A DNA stretch of 64,000 bases, taken from positions 210,816 to 274,815 of the forward strand of contig JAQUSN010000002.1 in assembly GCA_028715115.1 (NCBI GenBank). The letters run 5' to 3'. The stretch's first letter is position 1. Each line of letters opens with the position of its first letter. Of this stretch, positions 28,266 to 37,711 are shown one piece after another. The notes under the pieces are model-generated. The model saw nothing but the letters and a program-made list of their open reading frames with translations, made no database searches and was not told where the DNA came from. The stretch comes from Patescibacteria group bacterium (GTDB taxonomy: Bacteria; Patescibacteriota; Patescibacteriia; UBA2591; UBA4787). Made by a program: the position numbers and the translations under genes.

Positions 28266-29382
28266 CCCGTTTGATGACTGACATTATTTGAGCATTAATA
28301 ACCCTAGGATTAAGAATTTTTCTTAAATTATTAATTTTTTTAGGTATTATTTGTTGACCACATAAAGACATTATTTTCTCAACCGTTTTTTTAGTATCAT
28401 TAAAAGACACTATCAAATTTTCTAAACCCGCCATTTTAAAAACTTCAGCACAGCCCATGTTTTCACTAACAAGGGCAGGGACCCCCATACATGCAGCTTC
28501 TATTGGAACATTCCCAAAAGTTTCAAACGACGAAGGACAAACAATAAGTCCTTGTGATAAATAAAATTTTAAAAGTTTGTCGTGTGTCATAGGCATAAGT
28601 CTATTTATTTTATTTGGGAAATTTTTAATTTTTGCTCCTCCCGTAACAAATGAAGCTTTATGCCTCCACCCTTTTTTTAGCAATGTTTTATGAATATTAA
28701 AAAATTCCTTAAAATTTTTTATCTCATCCCATCTGCCAACGGCAGCAATACGCCGCTTCAAACCCTTAAAAGTTATTTTTCCTGCGGGAATATTAAATGG
28801 ATTGGGTATTATAAAAGAATTTTTTATTTTTTTATTTATAATCTCTTTTTCAACCACATTCCTACATAAACGTGATGGAAAAATAAAATAATTAACTCTT
28901 TTCTGAAAAGATTTTTCTATTTGATTAAAAAATTTCTTTGCCTTTGGTTTTTCGTTCTTTGTTTCCTTTGAGTAGACCCCAGCATATCTTAAAACTATCG
29001 GGATTTTAAGCTCATAAGCAGCAATAGACATAAGCCAAGGTACATAATATGTTCCGTTTAAAAAAACTACTCTTGGCTTGTTCTTAATTAATATTGCCTT
29101 AATTATTTTAATAATAGGACGATATTTTTTTTCTAAATCCTTAAGAGATTTTGAAGAATAAATAGCTTTATATATTGAAATGTCATGAATGTTTATAATG
29201 TGATGATTAAACCAGGGCGAAGGAAGATGCTTAAAAATATCAGGGCCCAACACATATCTTCTATTATTTAACTCTAAACCAATAATTCCTTTACTTTTTC
29301 CATAAAGAAAATTTATAAAACTAATATTGGACCTCGTGATTCCGCCAAGGTATTCTCTTGTAACATTTGTTGCTATTGTCAT
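28252..29382 (-). CDS. Glycosyltransferase family 1 (GT4-like).
   Basis: C-terminal E..G..LEA..G.P motif region (FETFGNVPIEAACMGVPALV). Confidence 0.75.
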   Translation of the reverse strand: MTIATNVTREYLGGITRSNISFINFLYGKSKGIIGLELNNRRYVLGPDIFKHLPSPWFNHHIINIHDISIYKAIYSSKSLKDLEKKYRPIIKIIKAILIKNKPRVVFLNGTYYVPWLMSIAAYELKIPIVLRYAGVYSKETKNEKPKAKKFFNQIEKSFQKRVNYFIFPSRLCRNVVEKEIINKKIKNSFIIPNPFNIPAGKITFKGLKRRIAAVGRWDEIKNFKEFFNIHKTLLKKGWRHKASFVTGGAKIKNFPNKINRLMPMTHDKLLKFYLSQGLIVCPSSFETFGNVPIEAACMGVPALVSENMGCAEVFKMAGLENLIVSFNDTKKTVEKIMSLCGQQIIPKKINNLRKILNPRVINAQIMSVIKRASSK

Positions 29383-29419
29383 ATTTTTTAATTATACTAA
29401 AAAAGAACTTATTGTTAAG

Positions 29420-29463
29420 GCTCTTCTGGGGTCCCTTATGCAAGAACGTTAGAACCTGTTTGT
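29420..29463 (+). repeat. Copy of the dispersed element (CTCTTCTGGGGTCCCTTATGCAAGAACGTTAGAACCTGTT).
   Basis: Near-consensus right module with the ATGCAAGAACGTTAG minigene. Confidence 0.55.
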
Positions 29464-29511
29464 CATAAAACTCAAAGGGCGGCAGATGCCGCCCCCGATA
29501 AAGTATTCTAC

Positions 29512-29745
29512 TTAACCAAAAATTATAACATTTAAAATTATTCCAATAACCCCCATAATCATTTCACAAACACCCAGCCATCGATAAGTAATATAGGTAA
29601 GATTGGTAATTTCAGTTGCTATCCCGAATGATTGATTGCCTCGTTTAACCCATTTATTAACAAAAGATTCAAATTGAGATAAAATGCCAAAAACAAAAAT
29701 AATTGTAAAAAACAAAAACAATAAATTTGAATAGAGAGTTTTCAT
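29512..29745 (-). CDS. Small hypothetical membrane protein (77 aa).
   Basis: Two hydrophobic helices. Confidence 0.3.
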   Translation of the reverse strand: MKTLYSNLLFLFFTIIFVFGILSQFESFVNKWVKRGNQSFGIATEITNLTYITYRWLGVCEMIMGVIGIILNVIIFG

Positions 29746-29842
29746 AATAAAGTTTTTAATGTTTTAAAAGATTAACCTTAACCAATAAAGCTTATTATAA
29801 CAAAAAATAATAGAATAACAATAGTCAAAAAGGGTTTATTCC

Positions 29843-29917
29843 TGGGGTGGCTAACGGGATTCGAACCCGTGCTAAAAGCTCCACAGGCTTCTGTGCTACC
29901 ACTACACCATAGCCACC
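29843..29917 (-). tRNA. tRNA-His (anticodon GTG), with G-1 and an encoded CCA.
   Basis: Folded by hand. 8 bp acceptor stem with G-1:C73, D arm GTGT/GCAC, anticodon loop CTGTGGA, T arm ACGGG-TTCGAAT-CCCGT. Lies directly downstream of hisS. Confidence 0.8.
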
Positions 29918-29928
29918 ATATTATAAAA

Positions 29929-31290
29929 TTATCCAACTATTTCTTTTACTTTTTGGACTAAATCTTTTTCTTTTACTTCAAATTGTTCGCGAGTTTTGAT
30001 ATTTTTTATTTGTATCACTCCCCTTTTCAATTCATCAGAACCAATAATGATAATCACCGGAAAATCCTGACAAACGCCATATGACAATTGCCCCTTAATG
30101 GTTTTCTCGTTGCCAAAATACATTTCCGAAGCAATGCTGTTTTTTCTTAAAAGAGTTAAAACCTTTTCCGCCTCTTGCCGCGCTGAAGGCTCAATGTCCA
30201 GAACCAAAACCTTAGAAACGGTTTTTGGCGATTCGATTAACTTCATTTCTTTTACAGCCACGAACAATCTATCAACACCAACCGAGGCGCCAGTCGCCGG
30301 AATGGAATTAGCCATAAAACGATTAACCAACCCGTCGTATCGGCCACCGGAAAAAACGCTGCCAAGCTGAATCATATCGGTCAAAATAGTCTCATATACC
30401 GGACCAGTATAATAACCAAGGCCGCGCGCGATAGACAAGTCAACCACCCATTTATCTTTTGGCACACCCAAAGCATCTAGATGACCGATTATTTCTTCTA
30501 ATTCGGCTATGCCTTCCTGGGCAATGGCAGAATCTTTCATTAAAGATTTAATTTTAGCTAAAACATTACTTGAATCTTTATCATTAATGTCGATAATATT
30601 TTTAATCGCCTGGATTTGTTGGTCGTTTAAATTTAATTTTTTATCCTCATCTTCTTCTATTTCTTTACCGGATAATAATTTTTTAACATCGTCCCAACCG
30701 ATTTTATCCACCTTGTCCAAGATACGGATAACTTCGGCATTTTTCTCTGCCTCATAGCCAGCGTATTCAGACAAACCGTTTAAAATTTTACGGTTATTTA
30801 TTTGAATTAAAAAATTCTTAAAACCCAAATTACTCATTATTTCAGACATTAGGGCGATAATTTCCGCGTCAGCCATCATACTCTTGGTGCCGACAATATC
30901 AGCGTCAAACTGAACAAACTCTCTGAAGCGTCCTGCTTGCGGCCGTTCACCGCGCCAAACTTTGCCGATTTGATATCGCTTAAACGGCAAGCTGATTTGT
31001 TCTTGAGACGAGGCTACTACGCGCGCCAAAGGAACAGTCAAATCAAACCTTAAAGCTAATTTATCGTTGCTATCTTTTAATCCGGCACGATAAATTTGTT
31101 TTTTAAAATCTTCATCACCGCCAGTTAAAATTTCCTCTCGCTCTAAACAAGGAGTGTCCAACGGCAAAAAACCGAACTTCTGAAAGGTTTGTTCGATGAT
31201 GTTAAGCATTTTTTGCCGAGCAATCATTTCTTGCGGCAAATAGTCGCGAAAACCGCTCGGCAATTCTGGATTGATATTGTTTTTGGCCAT
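29929..31290 (-). CDS. hisS: Histidine--tRNA ligase.
   Basis: Class II aaRS motifs and a HisRS-specific N-terminus (PSGFRDYLP), 453 aa. Confidence 0.9.
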   Translation of the reverse strand: MAKNNINPELPSGFRDYLPQEMIARQKMLNIIEQTFQKFGFLPLDTPCLEREEILTGGDEDFKKQIYRAGLKDSNDKLALRFDLTVPLARVVASSQEQISLPFKRYQIGKVWRGERPQAGRFREFVQFDADIVGTKSMMADAEIIALMSEIMSNLGFKNFLIQINNRKILNGLSEYAGYEAEKNAEVIRILDKVDKIGWDDVKKLLSGKEIEEDEDKKLNLNDQQIQAIKNIIDINDKDSSNVLAKIKSLMKDSAIAQEGIAELEEIIGHLDALGVPKDKWVVDLSIARGLGYYTGPVYETILTDMIQLGSVFSGGRYDGLVNRFMANSIPATGASVGVDRLFVAVKEMKLIESPKTVSKVLVLDIEPSARQEAEKVLTLLRKNSIASEMYFGNEKTIKGQLSYGVCQDFPVIIIIGSDELKRGVIQIKNIKTREQFEVKEKDLVQKVKEIVG

Positions 31291-31301
31291 ATATTTAGAG
31301 A

Positions 31302-32011
31302 TTAAAATCTTAAATATTTATTCCAAATCTCATATAATTCTTTAGTGGCCACTAAATCTCCCGCGTTATATCGGGCTATATCTAAATATTTTTTATCTTG
31401 AAATAGTTTACCCACTTCGTGGCCGTTTATCTCGCCATCCTTCGGACTTTTTATACCAAAGGCTCTGGTCCATAAATGTAAGCTTCCTTTTTTCCTTACT
31501 GCGCCATAAAATGATAATTGATCATATAAATCGACATGCTTAATACCAAATTTTTGGCTTTCTAAATAACGATTGGGCATTAAATTAACCGTTGGCCTAA
31601 TATTATTAATCGCCGAACGAATCATTAAAAACGGAGCATCAAAAGCGCGACCATTAAAACTCACGCATTCATCATAATTTTTAACCCCTGCCAAAACTTT
31701 TCCAACATTTCTTTTTCGGTCAATTGTTGAAATTTATACCCATTTTCTTCAAAATCTTTATTCTTCTGTCCTGGAGCTTGATAATACACAGCTCCTTGTT
31801 TTTTTTCATAGTCTAAAACACCTATAACTACAATCTGGCCAGTATACGGAGAAATACCAAGGCGATCTTTTACATTTTTAAGGGCATTCTGATATTCTTC
31901 TTCACCAGTATATTCTTGCTTGATCCATTCTGTTAATGCTTCTTGGGTTTTCTTATCCATCTCGTTGAAATCCTCGCCCACTGTCTCAATGTCAAAAATT
32001 AATTTAGCCAT
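31302..32011 (-). pseudogene. PolB-exonuclease-like 3'-5' exonuclease (COG3298-like), split by a frameshift near an A5 run (overlap 31661-31694).
   Basis: The upstream frame carries Exo I (FDIETVG). The downstream frame carries Exo II (FNGRAFDAPFL) and Exo III (YNAGD). The two frames overlap by 34 nt around GGGGTTAAAAATT. Confidence 0.5.
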
Positions 32012-32015
32012 AAAG

Positions 32016-32480
32016 TTAAATTTGAATTAAAAATTTTTTTAATCGTTCAATATGGCTATTGGTACTTACTTCTAATGCGAGTAAAACCTGAATCAGTTCC
32101 GGTAAATCGCCCTGAAAAACTTCAAAAAATTTATTTTCAATCATTGATTCTTCCAAAGAGAGACTAAACTGGGCCTCTTCTTTTAAATTTAATCGCCTTG
32201 TTTCGGCAGAAGTTATTCTTGCTTTCACCGACTCGGCATAATTATCAATCGCCCATTTAGAAAAACGCCCTTCTTCAAATAATATTTTATCTTCATTAAC
32301 TAAATTCAATAAATTTTTAATCCACTTGCCATGTTCTAATTCCTCTTGACTGATTTGCTGCCAAAAATCAGCAAATTGATTAAATTGATTAGAATAAAGA
32401 TGATAAAGACGGCTCAAAGATTCTTCATTAGCGGCTAATGATTCAATTAAATTTTTTTGATAGGTAGTGACATTTGTCAT
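32016..32480 (-). CDS. Hypothetical all-helical protein (possibly ferritin-like).
   Basis: 154 aa. E..H-containing helical pattern. Weak call. Confidence 0.3.
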   Translation of the reverse strand: MTNVTTYQKNLIESLAANEESLSRLYHLYSNQFNQFADFWQQISQEELEHGKWIKNLLNLVNEDKILFEEGRFSKWAIDNYAESVKARITSAETRRLNLKEEAQFSLSLEESMIENKFFEVFQGDLPELIQVLLALEVSTNSHIERLKKFLIQI

Positions 32481-32551
32481 AAAATTTATAAAACTGCTTA
32501 TACTAAAATTATTATAAGATATTTTATTTTTAAAATCAAGTTTATTAAATA

Positions 32552-33823
32552 CTATTCATATCGTAAGGCCTCGATCGGACTTTTTAGTGAAGCGCGACGG
32601 GCCGGGTAAAGTCCAAAAACTAAACCGATTAAACCGGCCACCCCAAGCCCCAAAATTATAGCCGAGAGCGATAAATTAAAAGCCCAATTAACTCCTAGAA
32701 TTTTAGTCAAAATAACTGAAACCAATAATGAAAAGGTTGCGCCTAATAAGATTCCCGCCAAACCACCAACCGCGGTTAACATTACCGATTCTATCAAAAA
32801 TTGAGATAAAATATTGCTGTCAGTAGCGCCCAGGGCCTTGCGTAGACCGATTTCTCGCGTTCGTTCTGTAACTGAAACCAACATGATGTTCATTATTCCA
32901 ATTCCGCCGACTATAAGCGAAATGGCGGCGATTGAACCTAAAAATAAAGTTAAAACGTTAGTAATGGTGCTAACCATCGAAGTAATCTCGGCTTGGGTTT
33001 GAAGATAAAAATCATCTTTGGCAGGATCGGTAATTCCGTGCGAATTACGTAAAGTAATATTAATATCTTTGACGGCCTGGGGAATGTTTTGTTCAGAATC
33101 AACCTGAACTACAATATGGTGAAAATATTTCGCACCAAAAATATATTGTTGAGCGGTAGTATGTGGCATGGCCACAGTTTCATCAAAATTAATAAAAGAA
33201 AGCTGGCCTTTTTTCGGCAAAATGCCAATAACCCGAAAATTTCTGCCCTTAATGCGAATTTGCTGACCAAGGGCTGGGGTAGAGCCGAATAACTTCTCTT
33301 CAACCTTACTGCCAATCACCACGACACTATTTCTCCCGCGAACATCGTCATCAGTAAAAAAATTACCTAAAGATGGCTGAATGTCGTAAATTTTAGAAAT
33401 TAATTGAGTCGCGCCAATAATGGTTAGGCGATAATTTTGGTTCTCACGCGAAGCCGTAGCCACGCCCACAACAATTGGCATCGTATCAACTGCATCCGGT
33501 ACATTTGATTTTTTTGATAAAAGGATCAAATCTCTGTCGGTCAAAGATTGATTAGACAAACTATCCAAAATGCTTGGATCGGTTAAACCCTTGGGTTGTC
33601 TGCCCGGAGAAATAATAATAGATTTGGAGCCCAACCCTTGAATCTGACTCAAAATTAAACCTTCTGCGCCTTTGCCCAGCGACATAACCATAATGATTGA
33701 CAAAATGCCGATGGTAATGCCCAGGATAGTCAAAAGCGAGCGCGATTTGTGCGCCCTCATGGCTCGTAGGGCTGACTGAAAACCGTATTTTACTTTCATA
33801 ATTATTGACAACCAAGTGAACAA
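32552..33823 (-). CDS. ABC transporter permease, MacB/FtsX family.
   Basis: N-terminal TM helix, large periplasmic domain, C-terminal FtsX 3-TM bundle. Confidence 0.8.
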   Translation of the reverse strand: MFTWLSIIMKVKYGFQSALRAMRAHKSRSLLTILGITIGILSIIMVMSLGKGAEGLILSQIQGLGSKSIIISPGRQPKGLTDPSILDSLSNQSLTDRDLILLSKKSNVPDAVDTMPIVVGVATASRENQNYRLTIIGATQLISKIYDIQPSLGNFFTDDDVRGRNSVVVIGSKVEEKLFGSTPALGQQIRIKGRNFRVIGILPKKGQLSFINFDETVAMPHTTAQQYIFGAKYFHHIVVQVDSEQNIPQAVKDINITLRNSHGITDPAKDDFYLQTQAEITSMVSTITNVLTLFLGSIAAISLIVGGIGIMNIMLVSVTERTREIGLRKALGATDSNILSQFLIESVMLTAVGGLAGILLGATFSLLVSVILTKILGVNWAFNLSLSAIILGLGVAGLIGLVFGLYPARRASLKSPIEALRYE

Positions 33824-33907
33824 AGAAAAAATAATTATTTTTCTCTTCCAAAACGAGCACCGGCCCGCCCAGACTCGGCGAGGCTGGCAACACGGGGTTT
33901 AGGCCCT

Positions 33908-34627
33908 TTATTTATGGAATCCATCTACAGCGCGCAAGCGATGATCAACTAGCTTGTCACTATCAATCAGCCCGTCTTTCATGTGTATAATTCGTTGAGC
34001 GTGCTGCGCCGTATAGGTTTCGTGAGTAATTAAAATAATAGTATGTTCTTTTTCGTCATTAAGTTTTTGTAAAAAATTCATGATAATTTGTCCCGACTTA
34101 GAATCCAGGTTGCCAGTCGGTTCGTCGGCAAAAATAACTTGAGGGTTATTGACCAAAGCTCGAGCAATGGCCACGCGCTGTTTTTCGCCACCCGATAATT
34201 GTGAGGTCTCATAATTCAAACGATGGCTTAAATCAACGGCAGTAATAGCCTCTTTGGCTAGCTTGTCCCACTCTGATTCTTTTGCGTCTGAATATAATAG
34301 CGGCAGCTTAACGTTTTCTAAAACGGTCATTCGCGGTAATAAATTAAAAGATTGAAAAACAAATCCCATCTTGCGATTACGAACATGAGCAAGCTCGTCG
34401 CCCGAATAATCATCAATGGTTTTACCGTCAAAAAGATATTGACCGCCGCTCTGGCGATCAAGAAAACCTAACATATGCAACAGGGTCGATTTCCCCGAAC
34501 CTGACGGCCCCATAATAGCCACGAATTCACCGGCTTTAACAGCAAACGAAACTCCGCATAAGGCAGGAGTTTCTGTTTGGCCATCAACGTATATTTTTTT
34601 TAAATTTTTAATCTCGATTAGCTCCAT
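33908..34627 (-). CDS. ABC transporter ATP-binding protein (MacB/LolD-type).
   Basis: Walker A GPSGSGKST, signature LSGGEKQRVAIARAL, Walker B VIFADEPT. Confidence 0.85.
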   Translation of the reverse strand: MELIEIKNLKKIYVDGQTETPALCGVSFAVKAGEFVAIMGPSGSGKSTLLHMLGFLDRQSGGQYLFDGKTIDDYSGDELAHVRNRKMGFVFQSFNLLPRMTVLENVKLPLLYSDAKESEWDKLAKEAITAVDLSHRLNYETSQLSGGEKQRVAIARALVNNPQVIFADEPTGNLDSKSGQIIMNFLQKLNDEKEHTIILITHETYTAQHAQRIIHMKDGLIDSDKLVDHRLRAVDGFHK

Positions 34628-34631
34628 ATCT

Positions 34632-36167
34632 TCATTGATTAATTATTTTATCGCCTTCTTTTAAACCGTTAATAACTTCTATATTGCCGTCTGAACCGCG
34701 CAATCCTAGCTCCACCTTTACTTCTTGTAATTGTTTGTCATCGGTCCCTGAAATTTGAACAAATTTTTGCCCATCTTTGGTGATAACAGCTCTTTGTGGA
34801 ATGTATAAAATATTATCTCTCTTGTCGGTAGTAATATCGATGTTGGCGGTCATACCCGGCCTAATCCGCTCGTCGTCTCGGGTGAACTGTAAAGTAGTTT
34901 TATAAGTAGCCACGCCGTCAATAATAATTTCAGCTGGATCAATTTTTACCACTGCGGCGTCAAAGACATTTTCACTGCCATAAGCATCGAGCGTTATTTT
35001 GGCGGCATTGCCCACTTTAAGATTGGCAATATCAACTTCGGCAATATTGGTTTCGATTTCGAATTTCGCGTCAGAAATAACCGAAGCTACGTTAACGTTT
35101 GCCGACACTATCTCGCCTACTTTAGTATCTAATTGACTGACGACTCCTTTGATTGGTGAACGTAAAATCGTTTTGTCTAATTGCGCTTGCGCCGCATCAA
35201 CGTTAGCTTGAGCCTGTTTAACCAACGCCCGCCCGGCGGCAATTTGCTCCTGGGTTGAACCGGCTAAAATTAAATTTAATTGATTCTGATAAGATTCAAC
35301 GGTTAATTTTTGCGAAGCGATTAAATCCTGGCGAGTATTAATGCTGGTCATGGCCGTATTAATATTAGTTCTTGCCGTGGCTACGCTAGTTTTATAAGCA
35401 TCAAGGTTTGTTTGTGATAAATTAACCGCGCCGTTTAGGGTCGTGTAGAGATTGTTTAAAAAAATCCTGACAACATCTAAATGACGTTCTGCATTCATCA
35501 TTTCTTGATCTATGGCTGAATAATCGGCACCCAAAAAGCTAATTTCTGATTTAAAATTTCCCAATTCGGTTTCTATTGCCAAGCGTTGATTTTTCACGTC
35601 TGTTTCTGTCTGCGATTCAGTAGTAACAAACGTCAATTGCGGATTTGATGCCGGATTGCTAAATAGAGAATTTTGCTTATTAACCGCATCATCTGCTTTA
35701 TTGTAAGCATCATTTAAAATATCGATAACGCCATTATAATCATTAGTTAAATCTTGCTGGCTCTTCTTGAGGTCTGTTTGTCTGATGGAAATGTCTTCTG
35801 GCCGGCTGCCCCGAAGTAAAGCGTCGAGCTGAGCCTGATAATTAGCCAAGCCGGCTTGCGCCTGTTCTAATTGAGCGACCAAATCAGCATTATTTAACAC
35901 CATTAAAGTTTGCCCTTCAAATACCGTATCGCCCACTTTGACATTAACACGGATAACCTTGCCGCTTCTTTCAAAGGCTAAATCAATATCTTCGGCCGGA
36001 TTAACACGACCCGTTGAGCTAACCTCTTGAACAACCGTGCCGCGCGCTACGGTCGAAACAACGACCGTGGTTTTATTTTTCTTCCCACCAGAAATAATCA
36101 AAATTAAAATTAATAATAAAATTCCAACAATAATAAAAAAAACTGGCTTTTTAAAAAATTTCTTCAT
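34632..36167 (-). CDS. Membrane-fusion/HlyD-family periplasmic adaptor (MacA-like) with a long coiled coil.
   Basis: N-terminal TM helix, biotinyl/lipoyl-like hairpin regions flanking an extended coiled coil. Sits in an operon with the ABC pair. Confidence 0.7.
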   Translation of the reverse strand: MKKFFKKPVFFIIVGILLLILILIISGGKKNKTTVVVSTVARGTVVQEVSSTGRVNPAEDIDLAFERSGKVIRVNVKVGDTVFEGQTLMVLNNADLVAQLEQAQAGLANYQAQLDALLRGSRPEDISIRQTDLKKSQQDLTNDYNGVIDILNDAYNKADDAVNKQNSLFSNPASNPQLTFVTTESQTETDVKNQRLAIETELGNFKSEISFLGADYSAIDQEMMNAERHLDVVRIFLNNLYTTLNGAVNLSQTNLDAYKTSVATARTNINTAMTSINTRQDLIASQKLTVESYQNQLNLILAGSTQEQIAAGRALVKQAQANVDAAQAQLDKTILRSPIKGVVSQLDTKVGEIVSANVNVASVISDAKFEIETNIAEVDIANLKVGNAAKITLDAYGSENVFDAAVVKIDPAEIIIDGVATYKTTLQFTRDDERIRPGMTANIDITTDKRDNILYIPQRAVITKDGQKFVQISGTDDKQLQEVKVELGLRGSDGNIEVINGLKEGDKIINQ

Positions 36168-36177
36168 ATAAATTATT

Positions 36178-37062
36178 CTATTTTATTAATTCATCTTTAT
36201 CTAGATATGGCTGTATTTCGTCCAAAAAACGAAGCGCTTTTTCTTTAACTTCGGGATCTGTTTTTTTAGTTGGTAACCCAAATTCCAAAATTTGCGTAGT
36301 AAGCTGACTAATAAAAATTCTCAAAAGGTTTATTTCGCTATGACCGGTCGAATCTCCGCTCGTATCAAATGTTTTAATATAAGCCTCTAAATCTTCGGGG
36401 CCAATTGCTAAATAAAAAACTGGAATCTTTCTTTCTTCGCCCTTTGCAACCGGCCTATTTTGCCCCGTGCTGTGATCAATGCCTAAGCTATATTTTAATT
36501 TTGCTGCGCCAAATTCATTAAGTTGTTCAGACCTTGTTTTTTTTGTATTAATGTCCTTTCCTATTCTACCATTGGGATTATCGCAAAAATCATCAATAGC
36601 ACAGACCACTTCTCCGGTTTTCTTATTCAATATAACGTTATCAATGTTATTAAAAATATCATCATACTCCGAAGATCTAACGACAATAAACTTATTTCCC
36701 ATATGTTTCTGAAAGACTGCTGTCTTTAGCAACTCTAGTCTTTCGCCCTGCAAAATTCTTTTATTTACATCTGATCCCCATTTTGCTTTTTGCTCGTCTA
36801 CTCTTCTATTATCTACGGCTATTTCGTCGGCAGTATAAACCGAAGAATAACTCATCGGATTAAGACGGCCTGTTTCGGGGTCTATTAACACTCCGTCTTT
36901 TTCTATTTCAACGGCGCTACGTCTAATAAACTCCTCTATTTTTTTAATGGAAACCGTTAGTTCTCCCTCTCTTTTTACCTCGTTTAAAGATCTTTCTTGG
37001 GTTCTACGCATCCTTGGATCCATGTGTCTATCACTAAAAAATCCTTGCATCATGCGGTCCAT
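36178..37062 (-). CDS. Hypothetical protein.
   Basis: 294 aa. No family recognised. Confidence 0.35.
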   Translation of the reverse strand: MDRMMQGFFSDRHMDPRMRRTQERSLNEVKREGELTVSIKKIEEFIRRSAVEIEKDGVLIDPETGRLNPMSYSSVYTADEIAVDNRRVDEQKAKWGSDVNKRILQGERLELLKTAVFQKHMGNKFIVVRSSEYDDIFNNIDNVILNKKTGEVVCAIDDFCDNPNGRIGKDINTKKTRSEQLNEFGAAKLKYSLGIDHSTGQNRPVAKGEERKIPVFYLAIGPEDLEAYIKTFDTSGDSTGHSEINLLRIFISQLTTQILEFGLPTKKTDPEVKEKALRFLDEIQPYLDKDELIK

Positions 37063-37134
37063 ATTTATATAAAATTAATTATTAATAACTATTATTATAA
37101 CATATTTCTATATAAAAACAAGATTAAAGACAAA

Positions 37135-37690
37135 AAACGAAGGGCCTGACTGCATAGTCAGGCCCCTGGACATGGAAAGGGGTCAAACGCCGAGTTCTCG
37201 TTGCTTCCACCAGAAAGACGAATGGAGGCCTAAAGAAGCCTTTGCCCTATCGCTTTCGAGTTGCACTGACTCGTTTACGAGAACCTGTGTGCCCGGTCAA
37301 CGAGTAAACCAAGCTTAAGCGCGCAACCCCAAATATAAGCCGATGGCTAAGGATCGCTCCGTGGACCGGTTGGGAACCAGCCGCGCAAAGAAAAGGAGCG
37401 AACTCAAATCAGATGCTGACACGCAAGGACTTTCGTTTGTCTACTATATGAAGTTAACGGAGGCACTTCACCCGCCCCGTTATAGCTCAGTTGGTTAGAC
37501 CTTGCGGTAAACACCGGAGGAAGGTTTGGGTATGAGTTGAGTCTTACCTCTCACCATCGGCGAAAACCTCCAAATGGCGCCAGAATTGAAACAGTGACAA
37601 GGGCGGACGCGATAGTGGTGAAATATCGATAGCTACGAAGCAGTAAGCCGCCACGTACGCCGCTCATTTCTGGCTTATTTAATATAACAT
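37135..37690 (-). ncRNA. ORF-free GC-rich region of about 550 nt bounded by terminators. Candidate structured RNA(s) or a decayed GC-rich cassette. Identity unresolved.
   Basis: There is no ORF of 60 aa or more on either strand despite elevated GC. A terminator (GGGCCTGACT..AGTCAGGCCC followed by T6 on the minus strand) sits at 37135-37170. The region contains GAAAGTCC, CGGCTTA and GGTGAGAGGTAAGA, which resemble RNase P RNA motifs, but in the wrong order for a canonical RNase P RNA. Confidence 0.2.
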
Positions 37691-37711
37691 TTTATAAATT
37701 AAAGTCCAGTG

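Noticed and set aside
37135-37690. Calling the GC-rich gap RNase P RNA or tmRNA.
   Set aside because: P4-like strings (GAAAGTCC, CGGCTTA) and a P10-12-like GGTGAGAGGTAAGA are present but in the wrong linear order for canonical RNase P RNA. No tRNA-like 3' end with CCA (tmRNA) was found. It is left as unassigned.
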